A DNA stretch of 48,419 nt from Perkinsus chesapeaki ATCC PRA-425 (lineage: Eukaryota; Protista; Perkinsozoa): NCBI GenBank assembly GCA_013115145.1, contig JAAPAO010000241.1, positions 1 through 48,419 of the forward strand. The letters run 5' to 3'. The notes under the pieces were generated by a model. That model did no database searches. It had not been told where the DNA came from and was given only the letters and a program-made list of their open reading frames with translations. The translations under genes were made by a program, and so were the position numbers. Shown piece by piece: positions 14,843 to 26,723 of this stretch; position 1 is the first letter of the stretch, and each line of letters starts with the position of its first letter.

Positions 14843-15525
14843 TTACATGGCACGCTTTTTCTTATGGTAGGGTGTCTTCACAGTGAGGCTTTGATGGATA
14901 TATGGTACCACTCCACCTAAGACAGATCATTACATTAGAGAGGAGCTGGTAGTGTTACCTCCTGCAATAGTAGCACGAATAAGTACATCAAGCTCATCAT
15001 CTCCTCTGATGGCCAGTTGTAAATGTCGTGGAGTTATACGTTTTACCTAAGACGTATGATGTGGCGACCTATTCGAGGCTCCGTTTACCTTTTGATCCTT
15101 GGCAGCATTGCCAGCAAGTTCTAAGACCTCAGCTGTAAGGTACTCCAGAATGGCGGCTGTGTAAACGGCCGCAGTTGAGCCCACTCGGCAGTTGGTCGTG
15201 GTGCGACTCTTCAGATAGCGTTGGACTCTTCCCACAGGGAACTGGAGGCCGGCTCTTGCGGATCTCGCCATGGAAGCTCCCTTGCCACCGCCAACCTTCC
15301 CTTTACCGCCATGAACCTTACAATGCACAATTAAATAGGACGTCACCAATAAGAATCCTCTCACCTTGGCGCCCTTGCCACCTTTGCCACCCTTGCCACC
15401 TTGAAGACCAGTGCTCTTGAGGCCCTTACCCCCGGCTAGAAGGAGACACGGTAACAAGACGTGGTACAACGCTCTTATCTGAACTCACCTAGTTGGGTAA
15501 CAACCGGAACGGACTGTGGCATCAT
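14843..15525 (-). CDS. H2A.Z: Histone H2A.Z paralogue 1 (multi-exon; start approximate)
   Basis: [79 protein letters not shown] (H2A.Z docking signature). GGK-rich N-tail. Confidence 0.9.
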
Positions 15526-15893
15526 ACCGACGTCGGGCTGATTGGACATTGTGGAGTTGATAAGGACGCAGTAATGTACTGACAATTGCAAGCATGAAGT
15601 GACGTTCTAAGATTCGAGAAGTGGGGCGTTGACAGAGTCAAGCCAGCTGGAGCAATATTTTTAACGATTCAATTGTTTACGGTATGAATACATCCTCCAC
15701 GCGCACTTCGAAGAAACCGTTAGAAGCAAGATACCGTCTTGCAATCTTGCGCGGTCGCACTGGAAAGGATAATTGAGGAGATGCAAGATTGCAAGATTTG
15801 TCACCACCCGCAACTGCGCAACTCTGTTCGCTCAATGAAGCCGTCCAAACTTGGGATGCAAAGGGTGTTATTAGTAAGGATTGTTAATCTGGT

Positions 15894-16528
15894 CTACTTC
15901 TGGACATATTGCGGCATCGACATAGAAAAGGGTTGCTGACGCTGCTGCTGCTGTTGTTGTTGAGATGCCCCGAAGGGCTTCTTCTTCCCCTTCGATGGCT
16001 TCATGGCTAAACTCGAGTGTATTTGAGGTATAACACCACCTGATAATGCCCACAGTCAACTATAGTAGCTGAGAGTAGTGACAGGTCAAACCTCCAGAAA
16101 TGGTGGCCTTAATTAACTTGTCGAGTTCATCATCTCCTCTGATGGCCAGTTGTAGATGACGAGGAGTTATCCTTTTGACCTGATAAGAATCCTACCAGCT
16201 CCAACCACCAAGTAAGGCCACCTTGAGGTCCTTAGCGGCATTGCCGGCCAATTCCAGCACTTCCGCGGTAAGGTACTCGAGTACCGCTGCCGTGTAAACA
16301 GCGGCAGTAGCACCGACTCTCACATGAGACGTCGCTCTGTTCTTCAATTGCCGATACATACGGCCCACTGGGAACTGCAGCCCAGCTCTAGCTGATCTTG
16401 ATGTTGATCTCTTCACAGTGTGGCCGCCGCCTTTACCCCCACCGACCATCTAAAATGCTGACACTGTTTGCTACTGTTTTTGAGTGTTAGCGTACCTTAG
16501 TGGCCTTGCCGCCCTTACCCCCTGACAT
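15894..16528 (-). CDS. H2A.Z: Histone H2A.Z paralogue 2 with Gln-rich C-terminal extension
   Basis: [11 protein letters not shown] / ...[15 protein letters not shown]...RVGATAAVY...KDLK / [29 protein letters not shown] / [46 protein letters not shown]. Confidence 0.9.
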
Positions 16529-16749
16529 AATAGGGGTCTTCATTGCTCGCCCACCTCCTACATCAAGAACATCGCGAAGGTGGTGAATGAGAAGAACGCC
16601 GTTATTATTTACCGAGTATCGAGGCGGTGCTCAAAGGAGTCGAAGGCGAGGCTGTTTCCTGTACCATTGAGAAAATATAGGGCGGAGACTGCGCAGTATT
16701 CCATCCACTTGGTGACTCAACACACATTACTTCACATGAAGGACACAAC

Positions 16750-18670
16750 TCATGATTCGATACCTTGGACTTCGATTCCAAGCTCAATTTCACAGCTTCT
16801 TGCCGCTGCATTTTTACCATGCAAAATAACTGCACCACGGAAGGACATTTGCTCGCATTCTACCACGTCACTTAAACTTATATCTCCAACAAAATCAATT
16901 ATCTCTCCACCCAGGAAGGATCGTCCTTTCCTAAGCACTTCCATCCGAAGTTTGACTTCTCTCAAGTCGGCACCTTCCGGCACACTGAGCAGCATGTACA
17001 GAGCTTGGTTCCATACCACATCCAGTGACGGTTTCGCTTCGACCACCTTCTCTATTATAGCGGGCTCAACCTCCACGATCGATGCAACCTCCTGAACGCC
17101 CATCATGTGCTCTTTCCGGAGCCTCTCGATGATTCGCTGTATCCGAGGCTCGCAGGAGAGGAAGCTCCTAGAGCTTGGTTCCCGCCGTGAGCCTGGCTTC
17201 GACACCATTACCGGAGGCGAGGCCCCTGGCAGGGAAACTCTAACGCGTGAACCGACATCAACGAGACCTCCTGCGCAATACAGATCCGTCGACACCAACA
17301 GCTGACGGAATCTTTTCAAGGGCCTATACCCGTGGTCAAGCTGCCTCACTCGACCGGTAAGATGCACCGCAACTTCATCAAATATCCTGACCCAGTAATC
17401 ACCGTTATTCTCGATGAGATCTCGGACGCGAATCTTTGTGGTGGCGAACTGCTCGCCTTGAACGCAGAGCCTGATGACAATTGGCTGGTTGTGGGTGTAG
17501 ACGAAGAATTCTGCGGTGCTAGCGGGAAGCCAGTCGTAGCGTTCCTCCTCTTTGCTGAACTTGCCCTTGCTCGTCGACACCAGTTTCGAACCAAGAGACA
17601 GTTCAACATGGGGGTTCTTGCCCTTGCGGAGGCCTCGTACGTGTTGGACTGATAAATCTAGGATGGCGCTTGGCTTCGGGTAGGCCCATTCGAGGTGGGG
17701 ATGGACTTCTTCCTCACGTAGTGGTATGTACACGCAGTTCGGCAGCAGCAGTGTGTCGCGGATGACCTTCTCGATGGTTGTCTGCAGTAAAGTGCTGATT
17801 CCAGGCATATCGGCGATATTGGCCAGACCAGAGAACGCCCAGGATATGTCAGGAAGTGATACCAAAGTGACCTGCAAACAACAGGCTCAAAGCAGTCCAG
17901 GCCCGAGCCGTTACCTGGACGCCGCCTACTAGCGGCACCTCGTCTATCAGGGGGTCGAGGGAGATACAGAGATCACCACGGAAGCCAACGTGACCAATGC
18001 CGACACTCAGCATCCCGAAAGAGAATGCTATCCGAGCATCACAATCGTAGTCTATACGTATATTGATATCTAACGATTCATGCGTACCATGGTCCCTTCT
18101 AGACGTTCGTATAGGGCCCAGAGTTGGAGTGTTGTTACCGAGGCTGAACTCCTTCAACTCGATAGAACGACCAAGTGTCTCCCTCATCATCGGCAACACT
18201 TCGGTATCAAGCTTATCCTGGACAATAACATTCAGCTTAGGCCAGACCTGCTGAAGCAGCCAATTGACCCAGGCCAGTTGGTCCGCCCCACAGACCGTCG
18301 TTGTCGCCGCTGTACCCCCCTCCGTATCGGGTGTACCGGAAAAGCGCTGCTCCATGATGTGGTGGCTGACCATGCGTCGTACACGCCTTCTACGGTTCAC
18401 TCTAGACATTGACAGTCTACCAAGATGCTCTTCATAAGAGCCAGGAATGTCGCTAGGACGTTGGGAGATAAACGCCCCTCTACTCATCCTGCGACGGTCT
18501 CTTATAGAGACTGCGGTCACAGGTGCCTGGCAACACAGGTAGCTCCACCAGGACGCAGGGCGGGCTTCTTGAGAAGGTTCCGGTGGTAACTCATCTACGT
18601 CGTAGAATTCTTCATCGGCGTTATCACTGGAGTCACTTGATAGAAGTGACGGTCGAAGAGAGAACTTCAT
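16750..18670 (-). CDS. Extended-synaptotagmin/tricalbin-like protein (SMP domain plus C2 domain), probably 2 exons
   Basis: SMP-like WVNWLLQQVWP...LKEFSLGNNTP...LDPLIDEVPLVGGVQV / PDISWAFSGLANIADMPGISTLLQTTIEKVI...LPN. C2-like LDLSVQHVRGL...NPHVELSLG. No clear N-terminal TM seen. Confidence 0.75.
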
Positions 18671-19044
18671 TAGTCGGCGAAGAACTGCTATTTACCAGCC
18701 CGAGGATACTCATCCGAATTGTCCACAACACAATAGATGGGTTAATAAGGTTAACAAGTCTATAACTACCCCAGCGAAGTGACGGTTGCCATAGATAACG
18801 ACGACGAAGGCGACAACGTAGCTACAACTTATATAAGGCCAGCTGATCCTCGATGTCGTACACTGATTACACTCGTACACTACTATAACGTATAATACGA
18901 TAACCGGTATGAATAGCAGTGGTAATATCAGTATCGACTCGAAATCGCCAACAAATGGTTGATGAAGTAATCATATAGACTGCACTGTGGAGACATAAGA
19001 AGACGGGAGGCAGGACGCCATAGGCTTTGCCACGGGTAAAAGTA

Positions 19045-19431
19045 TCATGCCGAATTCCCGCTTGGCTTTTGCCCTTTGTCGTCGTCTTCATTATCGGACT
19101 CCTTTGTGCATAAAACAACGGGTATGTCGCCGTAATAGGCGAAGTCGTCATTGCTGCTACTGTACGAATGTTGGTGGCATTGATGTCGAATGCACCCCGT
19201 ACAAGTGCATTCTTCGATCTCAAAGCGCCCAACTCGTTTGACTTCCGGTGATGCAGCATTGGAAAATGGGATGCACTGCGGCATTGAGTCAGCACGAGGT
19301 CGTTTAGGCTTCCCAGAGTCTTTCACGCCTTCACACCGGCGACCCTTTGGGCCACTGGATGCTTGCTTGCGGCCATCGACTCTGTGAGCTGCTTGCCCAT
19401 TGCGGCGTCTATGGGTGCTGTTACGGGACAT
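19045..19431 (-). CDS. Hypothetical low-complexity protein with one GRFEI motif (may be spliced to the upstream ORF)
   Basis: ATG at 19431 inside ORF 19045-19485. Basic N-half, acidic C-end. Confidence 0.35.
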   Translation of the reverse strand: MSRNSTHRRRNGQAAHRVDGRKQASSGPKGRRCEGVKDSGKPKRPRADSMPQCIPFSNAASPEVKRVGRFEIEECTCTGCIRHQCHQHSYSSSNDDFAYYGDIPVVLCTKESDNEDDDKGQKPSGNSA

Positions 19432-19821
19432 TATCAAAATTAGGGATATAGCATCTATCTGAAATGCCAAACTATTCAGTACCACTCTTCTGGTTGAACT
19501 ATCATACAGTAGAAGGTCTAAATTTCACGAGCATTTTAAGCGGTCGGCGTGGTGACTCACCACTAGTGAGGACTCCAACAGCAAAGCTATTGCGCCAGGA
19601 GGAGTTTTCAGAGAGCTTGGGATTTTCAAACGACAAATATGAGCCAAGGAATCACCCCTCCAGAACACCACAATATGGAGGAGTAATAAAAGTAGTACTG
19701 TGTGGATCGAAGCAATCGTGGCATAGGATTGACTACGACCAGAATGATGATGACTAATTGAATGTGTGCAAAACATAACTTAACAATCATGCTCATCATC
19801 CTACTCCCTCTACCACGAAGC

Positions 19822-20418
19822 TTAAGCATCTTCACGGGAGGATGCCTTGGTCCTTTCGAGAACTGGGTAAACCAGCAAAGTCGGAGTCACAGCTCCGCTT
19901 CGTTCATGTGGAATCACCTCAAACCTTCCAATTCGACGATTGCTCGGGAGACAGAGTGAATCTGGCTCCCTGCTAGGTTCGGACTCCGCGGGCCTATCCT
20001 CGATATCTTCCACTATGAACCGACCAACTCTTCTGGAGATCGTCTTCTTCGTCCGCGTAGGCTCGGGTGGTAGCACCATGATGCAGCTGGAACTGGGCAC
20101 CGGCGACAATGAAGGGTCGCAGTTCGCGTGTGTGACGAGAAGATGCTCAGTGTGTTGATCATGGGCTTCTTTCTCGACCAGCTCCAGTATGAAGCGGCCT
20201 CTTCTTGACGGGGTTGAGTCGTCGCCAGTGGAGCTTCCTCCCTTTTTGGCCATAGAAGCATCGACGACCTTGTGATCAGAATCTGCCTCAATTCTTGTGC
20301 CACATAACGGTACTGATGTAGACGGCAAAGCCATTAATTCTTTATAGTGCAGCTGCAGCGTTTGGCGTAACTGTTGTTTGTCTGTAGAAAACAATGTTAA
20401 ATGCAAGTGATGACGCAA
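19822..20418 (-). CDS. Hypothetical disordered protein with three GRFx[VL] motifs
   Basis: 198-aa ORF containing SRRGRFIL, SRRVGRFIV and NRRIGRFEV. True start and splicing unresolved. Confidence 0.45.
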   Translation of the reverse strand: MRHHLHLTLFSTDKQQLRQTLQLHYKELMALPSTSVPLCGTRIEADSDHKVVDASMAKKGGSSTGDDSTPSRRGRFILELVEKEAHDQHTEHLLVTHANCDPSLSPVPSSSCIMVLPPEPTRTKKTISRRVGRFIVEDIEDRPAESEPSREPDSLCLPSNRRIGRFEVIPHERSGAVTPTLLVYPVLERTKASSREDA

Positions 20419-20668
20419 CTACGAGGCAGAATGGCATATAAGCGAACGGGACCTCATCAACTCTACAGGAGTTGGAGAGAGGAAAATGCTGGTAATGTTT
20501 ACAAAAGATAGGTTTGTTCGCTGACGGCCAAACCACAGAACACAACTGTCCCTCTTTCCCTGTCATAGGGCAGATAAATCGATGACAGTTAGAACACGGC
20601 AATATTAGTAACAGTAACCCGGTAAATGATGCTTCGCCTCGAAGTGAGATAAACTCGGTAAACCGGAC

Positions 20669-21941
20669 CTATGCAGCTCTGGAACGGAATGCCCTGAAGT
20701 CGTCCAATGCCCTCAACACCTGAATGCAGCCGATCACCAAACAGTGGACATCCTTTCCGGCCTACCTCCGAGTTCAGTGATAAAGCAGTGTCCATCATAT
20801 CACCAGGTTCAAGAAGTTCTATCCATAACTGCAACTGAATGGAGTACCGGTCCAAGTTGCCTGAACAGGATGAGTTATTGCTGACCCCCACCCCCAGAAG
20901 ACGCTAACGAGCTTCTTGCCTGCTAGAGATATGAGAGCCTCATTGGTAGAGACATCAGAAGCATTCTCACGCTTGGCCTTGTTAAAACATTCGTGCCAAA
21001 GATCCAAGGTCTGCTGTACCTGAAAGGCAAAGAGGTAGTTTAACACGCAGCTGAAAGATACGATGTCGAGCGCCCACCTCCGGGATGAAAGTCTCTGGAT
21101 CCTGCCCCTCTGCATCATGCTCGTATGTGAGGTCCATGAGATTCTGACTCGGCGGTTGATACCCCGATCCGTTCTCCACTACCGTCGCCGTGGCCACTGG
21201 AGTAGCCTGAGCTGAATACACCACAATTGCGGCAACCTGCTAAGTGGCCAGAGCCTCACCAACACCCGGTAGCTTGAAGCCCTCGTCCTGTAGACGGGCA
21301 TAAAAGGATTGGAAGTTCGGGAGAATATCAGCGTCTCGGGCATACCTATGAAGCGTGGGGCCTGCGCGGATGACGGAGGGGCAAAGCTCACCTGACCGCC
21401 CATTCGCTGGCCAGCCGCAAGATCGTCGACTTCACTTCGGAGTCGCAATCAGGGCGCTGTAAAACCTGACAAACCTCGCTGGAAATAAGACGAGTGGTCT
21501 GGAGGCAACACCGACCTTCGACAAACTAGTTAGGAATTCGGTATCGGCCACATTGAGATGGAAAGTGACATCGGTGTGCTGCATTATGCTGTCTAATAGC
21601 AGCAATGCCGCCCACTGTATCCTGCTGGACTCGTGAGTCGTTATCTTCTTCCTCAGCTCAGATATCACAGCACGGCCTACCAGCCGTAAATACCTCCTAT
21701 CAAAAAGCCTATCACTCACCGCTATCATTCGACATGTCAACAGCATCGCTTATCTGTGACACAAATGATGTAGATGGAGTAGGCGGCGAATGACTAAGAA
21801 AAAAAGAGATGGGCACCACCACAGGGAGCCTATTGTCTACGACTGAGCAGTCCTATCAAGTGCCTCCTTGATGGCATTCTCAACTAGCTCGGCTTCATCC
21901 CGTTTGCCATTCTTTACTGGAGTAGTAGTTGCAGCAGCCAT
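20669..21941 (-). CDS. VHS-domain protein with GAT-like C-terminal helices (TOM1/GGA-like)
   Basis: ELRKKITTHESSRIQWAALLLLDSIMQHTDVTFHLNVADTEFLTSLSK / VKSTILRLASEWA / FYARLQDEGFKLP match the VHS pattern. Helical C-terminal exons follow. Confidence 0.75.
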
Positions 21942-22345
21942 TTCGCAGCCCTGGCAATAGTGAATCCTACCAGTAGATTTGACGAGAAATCTCGAACACA
22001 ACACCAGCAAGGAAGTGGTCATTCAAAAATGTAAAAGCGCGCTGCGAATGGTGCTCGCCGCCGCCGCAGGCGTCATCACCGTTGGGATGGTGATGATCCT
22101 CAATGGTTCAGAAGATGCTACCAGGTAGAGAACTCTCGAGCGTCGGCGGTGGATCAGTGCCGGCTTCGAGGAGAGACAAACATACTCGTACTTACAGCTA
22201 CTACCAAGCTACCAATCGTCATCATTATCACTTCTAACTGTGGTGTCATTATGACTTAGTAATTGTACAATAGGCAGCTACGGTCGCCGCCTCCGCTGTT
22301 GTTATCTCACAGCAGCAACAACAACAACAAAGCGTATCGTCATTA

Positions 22346-24972
22346 TCACGATAAAGATGCATGATGATGCTGCTGCGCTTCTAGACCACCACCTCCGCCT
22401 CCATCGAGCATATCGATTAATCCTGAGTAATGGTAACACTATAAGATACAACTCCTCTATACCATCGCCAAACTCCTCCTCTTCATCTCCCACTGGACTC
22501 TGCTGTACTTGTTGTAGCGGTGATGAGACGCTGGTAGACGGCGCATGGCCCTACAGGCGCAGTAGCGGCAGTGTCAGCAAAGTTAAATGCACTTATTCTT
22601 ACCTGTACAAGGAACTTCCATAAATCGTACGCATCAATGACAGCCAAAACCGATCTGTCGTTAGGATCAACGATAACCTGATGACAGACACTGTTGTTAT
22701 GCATTGTCCTTAGCTGGTGAAAGAAAGCTACCATCGAGTGGGACTCCGAGCCTAGCAGCATCGATCGCAAAATGGCCTTCAATGATACTGGGAAGTCCGA
22801 GGATAAATACACAGGTGCTATCTCTCCGTCCACCTCCTGAAACATAGAAAACTAACTGAGGTGGTAAACCCGAAGATTCATTCCCCCTAGAGGCTTCAAG
22901 TGGCATCAGCGCGGAGATATTACAGCAACTGCGTTTCTAGCGGAACTGTAAACGCTGGTGCGAACCGGTCATCTCCAAATCCTTCATGCCTTCCTAATCG
23001 CCAGTGAGCTTACCTCCTCTTCGTCCTCATCATCATCCAACTCATGCACAGTTATCCCAGCCTGCCGCTTCCTTCTAACCTCCGAGGCTTTAGTCTCTCG
23101 AACATACCGCTTAGTGAGCTCTAATGCTTCACCAGCACGCATGCCCAAAGATATGCTATGGCCCAATACAGAGTACTCGCAATTGGTATACCTAAACCAT
23201 GGGACCCGAGTAATATCTACAGTGTGCCGCCGGAAATAGCGCTACAAGTAATTCACAGATTCTGTAATGAGTTGGTTCACTGAGGTGAGGGTGAATGAAC
23301 CGATGTACCGTCCATCCTTCAACACTGGTAAAATCTGCCGCTGACACGTGCCTGCGGGAAGATCCCCTCAAGAGTAAAATATGCCTTGCGGCTCACTGAT
23401 GAGATCCATGACATCTGCTAGCGTCTGGCTATCAGCATCGACCGTTGCAACATATCCTCGGGAGAGAGCACCTGCACGCATGAACCTCTGTTCACAGGAG
23501 GGTGCTGCACAAGACATACTATAGTCCTGAACTGGCAGATCAAACACTGGGGCCAGGAAGGGCCCTTTGCAGTGTATGGCAACGTACGCCATTATTTGGG
23601 TTAAGGTGAGCTCAGTGAACATTTCCACTTGAGTGTTGAATTCTGTCTCGCTCGATAGCAGAATGCTGTGCGCTCCCGCAGTAGCTATTATCAGCGACAC
23701 CTATCCAACACCACTCTCCACTCGCTCTGGACGCGGCAGGTTGCTTACCGCTTGTAGCACAGAAGTATCCTGATCCAACTGCAGCACAGGTACCTCCCTA
23801 GGCTTCAAGGTTCTACTGGCAATCCAGTCCTCCACTGTGATGCACTGGGATGCCTCCTCGGGGTTCCGATAGCACCAGAGGGTGTACTGTAGCAAATCGA
23901 GCGTGGTAAGCCAGTCGGTAGGAGCATCCACTTCAAGTGGCGGAGAACACGACCCTGTCTGGTCAATTAGTAACGGTGTCGGTATGGAACTGTTGGTATT
24001 TCCGAGGCTCGCATAGGCCAAATCATCCACACGTGGAGCCGTCCCTGAGCACCCTGCACTATCGCCCTTGTGGATTTATGCTTTAAGGCTCACCTGTAGC
24101 ATTCGGTAGCAGTCCAAACTCCCCATGGACGTCACTAGGGTTGTTATTCGATGAGCAGTAGGTTTGATTCACCGACACTGCCTCGAGCGTGCCAAGTGGC
24201 CGTGACCGTCGCAATACCCTCACACGCCGTAACGGCCCCACTAGCGTTCCCGTCATAGTAGAGCTCGGTCGAGCCGTAGCTGAAGATAATGACCGCTACT
24301 ACAAAGGGGCATTAGTAATGCTCATCGTACGGGGAGTGGCCTCATCCCGCCTTTGCTCATACTCTCCCGTGAGGCCCGTCAACAGCAGCACACAAGCCTG
24401 GCCCATAGGCACATCATCAGCCACCTGGAGGACGGACATATCCACCAGGAAGGCAGGAGACACAGTCGACTTACGCAAGCTGTCAAACTCCGATCAGGTA
24501 TGGTTTCATAGACCGTAAGTGAGGCCATAAAGTCTAGGAAGGTGTCCAAGGGGTCATCTCCCTGAACAGCAACAATGAGGATCGATGGTGCCAGCGACTC
24601 GTACCGGGATGGCCTCATTGACGTGGTGAATCGCGGCTGGAGGAGATGTGGGTTCTGCACACCGCTCGGGGGACTCTGAAGCAACAAGTGGTGATTCAGG
24701 ATGCTATCGGAGAGCTGAGTGTCACCATTGGTGCCATCCGATCTCGACGTGGCGGCCTCTTCACGGACACTCGAATGGATCATTGAAATAGTATCCGGAG
24801 GAAGAAGCCCTGCGTTATGACAAAACTGCAGCAGCAGCACCACCGAACGAGATAGCCAACACAACCACGAGTGGTGTGGAAACACGCTGTGCCTCGAGCA
24901 ATGGTGAAGTAATAGAGAAGTGACATCGCGATGGTAGCGCCGGTAGCGGCCGGACAAGTAGGACATGAACAA
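22346..24972 (-). CDS. CBS-domain protein, loosely AMPK-gamma/SNF4-like (multi-exon; ends approximate)
   Basis: RYESLAPSILIVAVQGDDPLDTFLDF, VPVLQLDQDTSVLQAV, VATVDADSQTLADVMDLI and VIVDPNDRSVLAVIDAYDLWKFL resemble CBS repeats. Confidence 0.55.
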
Positions 24973-25017
24973 TAGCGCTAGCCGACGGAACGTAGTACTG
25001 GCCTGGGAACAGAGCCA

Positions 25018-26084
25018 CTAAGCGGCGAGGATGGGGGGATGAGCTGTCTCAGTTGTTGAAGAGGATGATGATGACGAGGATGCTACTACACCTGAGAAGC
25101 GTGACCGTACTATTTACCGCTTCCTAAGACCAAGCTACCAGTAGCCCCTCTGATAGCCGAACCAGCACCAGCGCTGGTGGGTGACCTGGCTGAGCGGAAG
25201 AACCTGAGGCATCCAACGACCCTATCCGACTCCCTCCACCATAGCACCTCACCGATAGGTAGACGAAGTTGTCATACTCCTCAACATTGCCACGGTTAAG
25301 TCCCCCGGCCTCTCCCACATGGGGTACCATCTCATACCACTATTACCATAAACCTAAACCATCGCATACCCCAACTACCAGCAAGTACTATCCAACCTCT
25401 GCACTGCACTGCAGCTCCTCCTCCTCATCATCATCCAGCCACGGATCCTTAACATCTTCATCCGTAATAGGACCGCTACTCCCGATTTGCTGGAAGAGTG
25501 GCGGCATCCATCCCTTCTGGTGGCAAGCCCTATCCGTAGTACTACGATACGGGCTCCTCGTGGTCACCCTCAGACTCGCGGGGCCGCTACTTGGTGTCCA
25601 CTCAGCTGCCATCCGATGGACCTGTGTAACCGATGAGAGCTTCCAACGCCCCGTGTTCCTCCTCTTCCCACCTGGACGGCATGGCCCAGTATAAGCAAGA
25701 GCCACGGGGCTATCCACGCTGCTCTAGAGCTCGAACAAGCATTCGGCGGCAGCACTCTATTCGGGTCCCGATCCTCCCAGTCCTCCACCAAGGCATTGGA
25801 GACGTTAACATGCAGCGTAAAGGTGCCCTCTGTCCGCTGGCGAGGAACAATAGCGGATGTTAGCACTTCGGGCAGGAATGATTTCTCCTAAGACCCAAAC
25901 CATCCCACCCGCCACCTCCCCTGCCCCGACCCTCCTACCTGTGTGCACACTGATGAGGATTGGCGACCAAAGAGGGCCCCATAGACCATCTAAGCGAACA
26001 AAGCATTGAGTATTGTGATTCAAGGGCGCCACTCATTACCACAAAAAAGTATACCCAAGCAATAAGAATGTGAAGGCTGAACAT
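25018..26084 (-). CDS. Hypothetical protein with signal-peptide-like N-terminus
   Basis: MFSLHILIAWVYFFVVMSGALES followed by several short open segments. Exon chain not resolved. Confidence 0.3.
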
Positions 26085-26723
26085 CACTTGCCGTGTTAAA
26101 GCTACATTACCATACAAAGCCTGATAATTGTCATTAACCTCCAGGAAGGGCTATAAGTAACAGAACTACCGTGCAGACATGTTGAAATAAGCCACCGTGT
26201 TTGCTGGGCCGAATGGTGCTCATAGGGGCCTGTGCCTCATAGTAGCGTCCATTGTCTCTAACTATACATCCCTAACATTAACAGGCATCCTTTCCATCCC
26301 AAATCATCCGCCAATACTACCTCACTATAGGGACACTGCTTAGCTGACCATTCGGGAATCTTTGCATTATTCAGAGCCGCAGGCGCCGGCGAAGGATGTC
26401 CTCCTTTTCCGGTCTAATTGAGTTGCATATTCGAAGCTGGACTACCCTATCCCTACGGTTGTCGCCTGCCCTCCTGCTTGCACCTTTATTAGGGCCGACT
26501 GCTCTGTTATCAGCTTCCACTTCCCCAGCAGGTGAGTGAGGTGCCTGAAGCCATCCATAAGAGTAAGACCGTGACTGGAGTGGCCGTACTGAAGCTCCAG
26601 AGGTTCGGTATTGAGATCTGTGCATAAGACAATAAGTAAGACATGCAAAGTGAAAGTGGCCGTCATGAAACACCTAACGGAAGGGCCTAGTCAGATCCGT
26701 CATTATCCCTTAGCCCTCAAGGA

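Noticed and set aside
16580-17652. Plus-strand ORFs 16580-17095 and 17332-17652
   Set aside because: Antisense to the SMP/C2 gene, with no independent coding signal.
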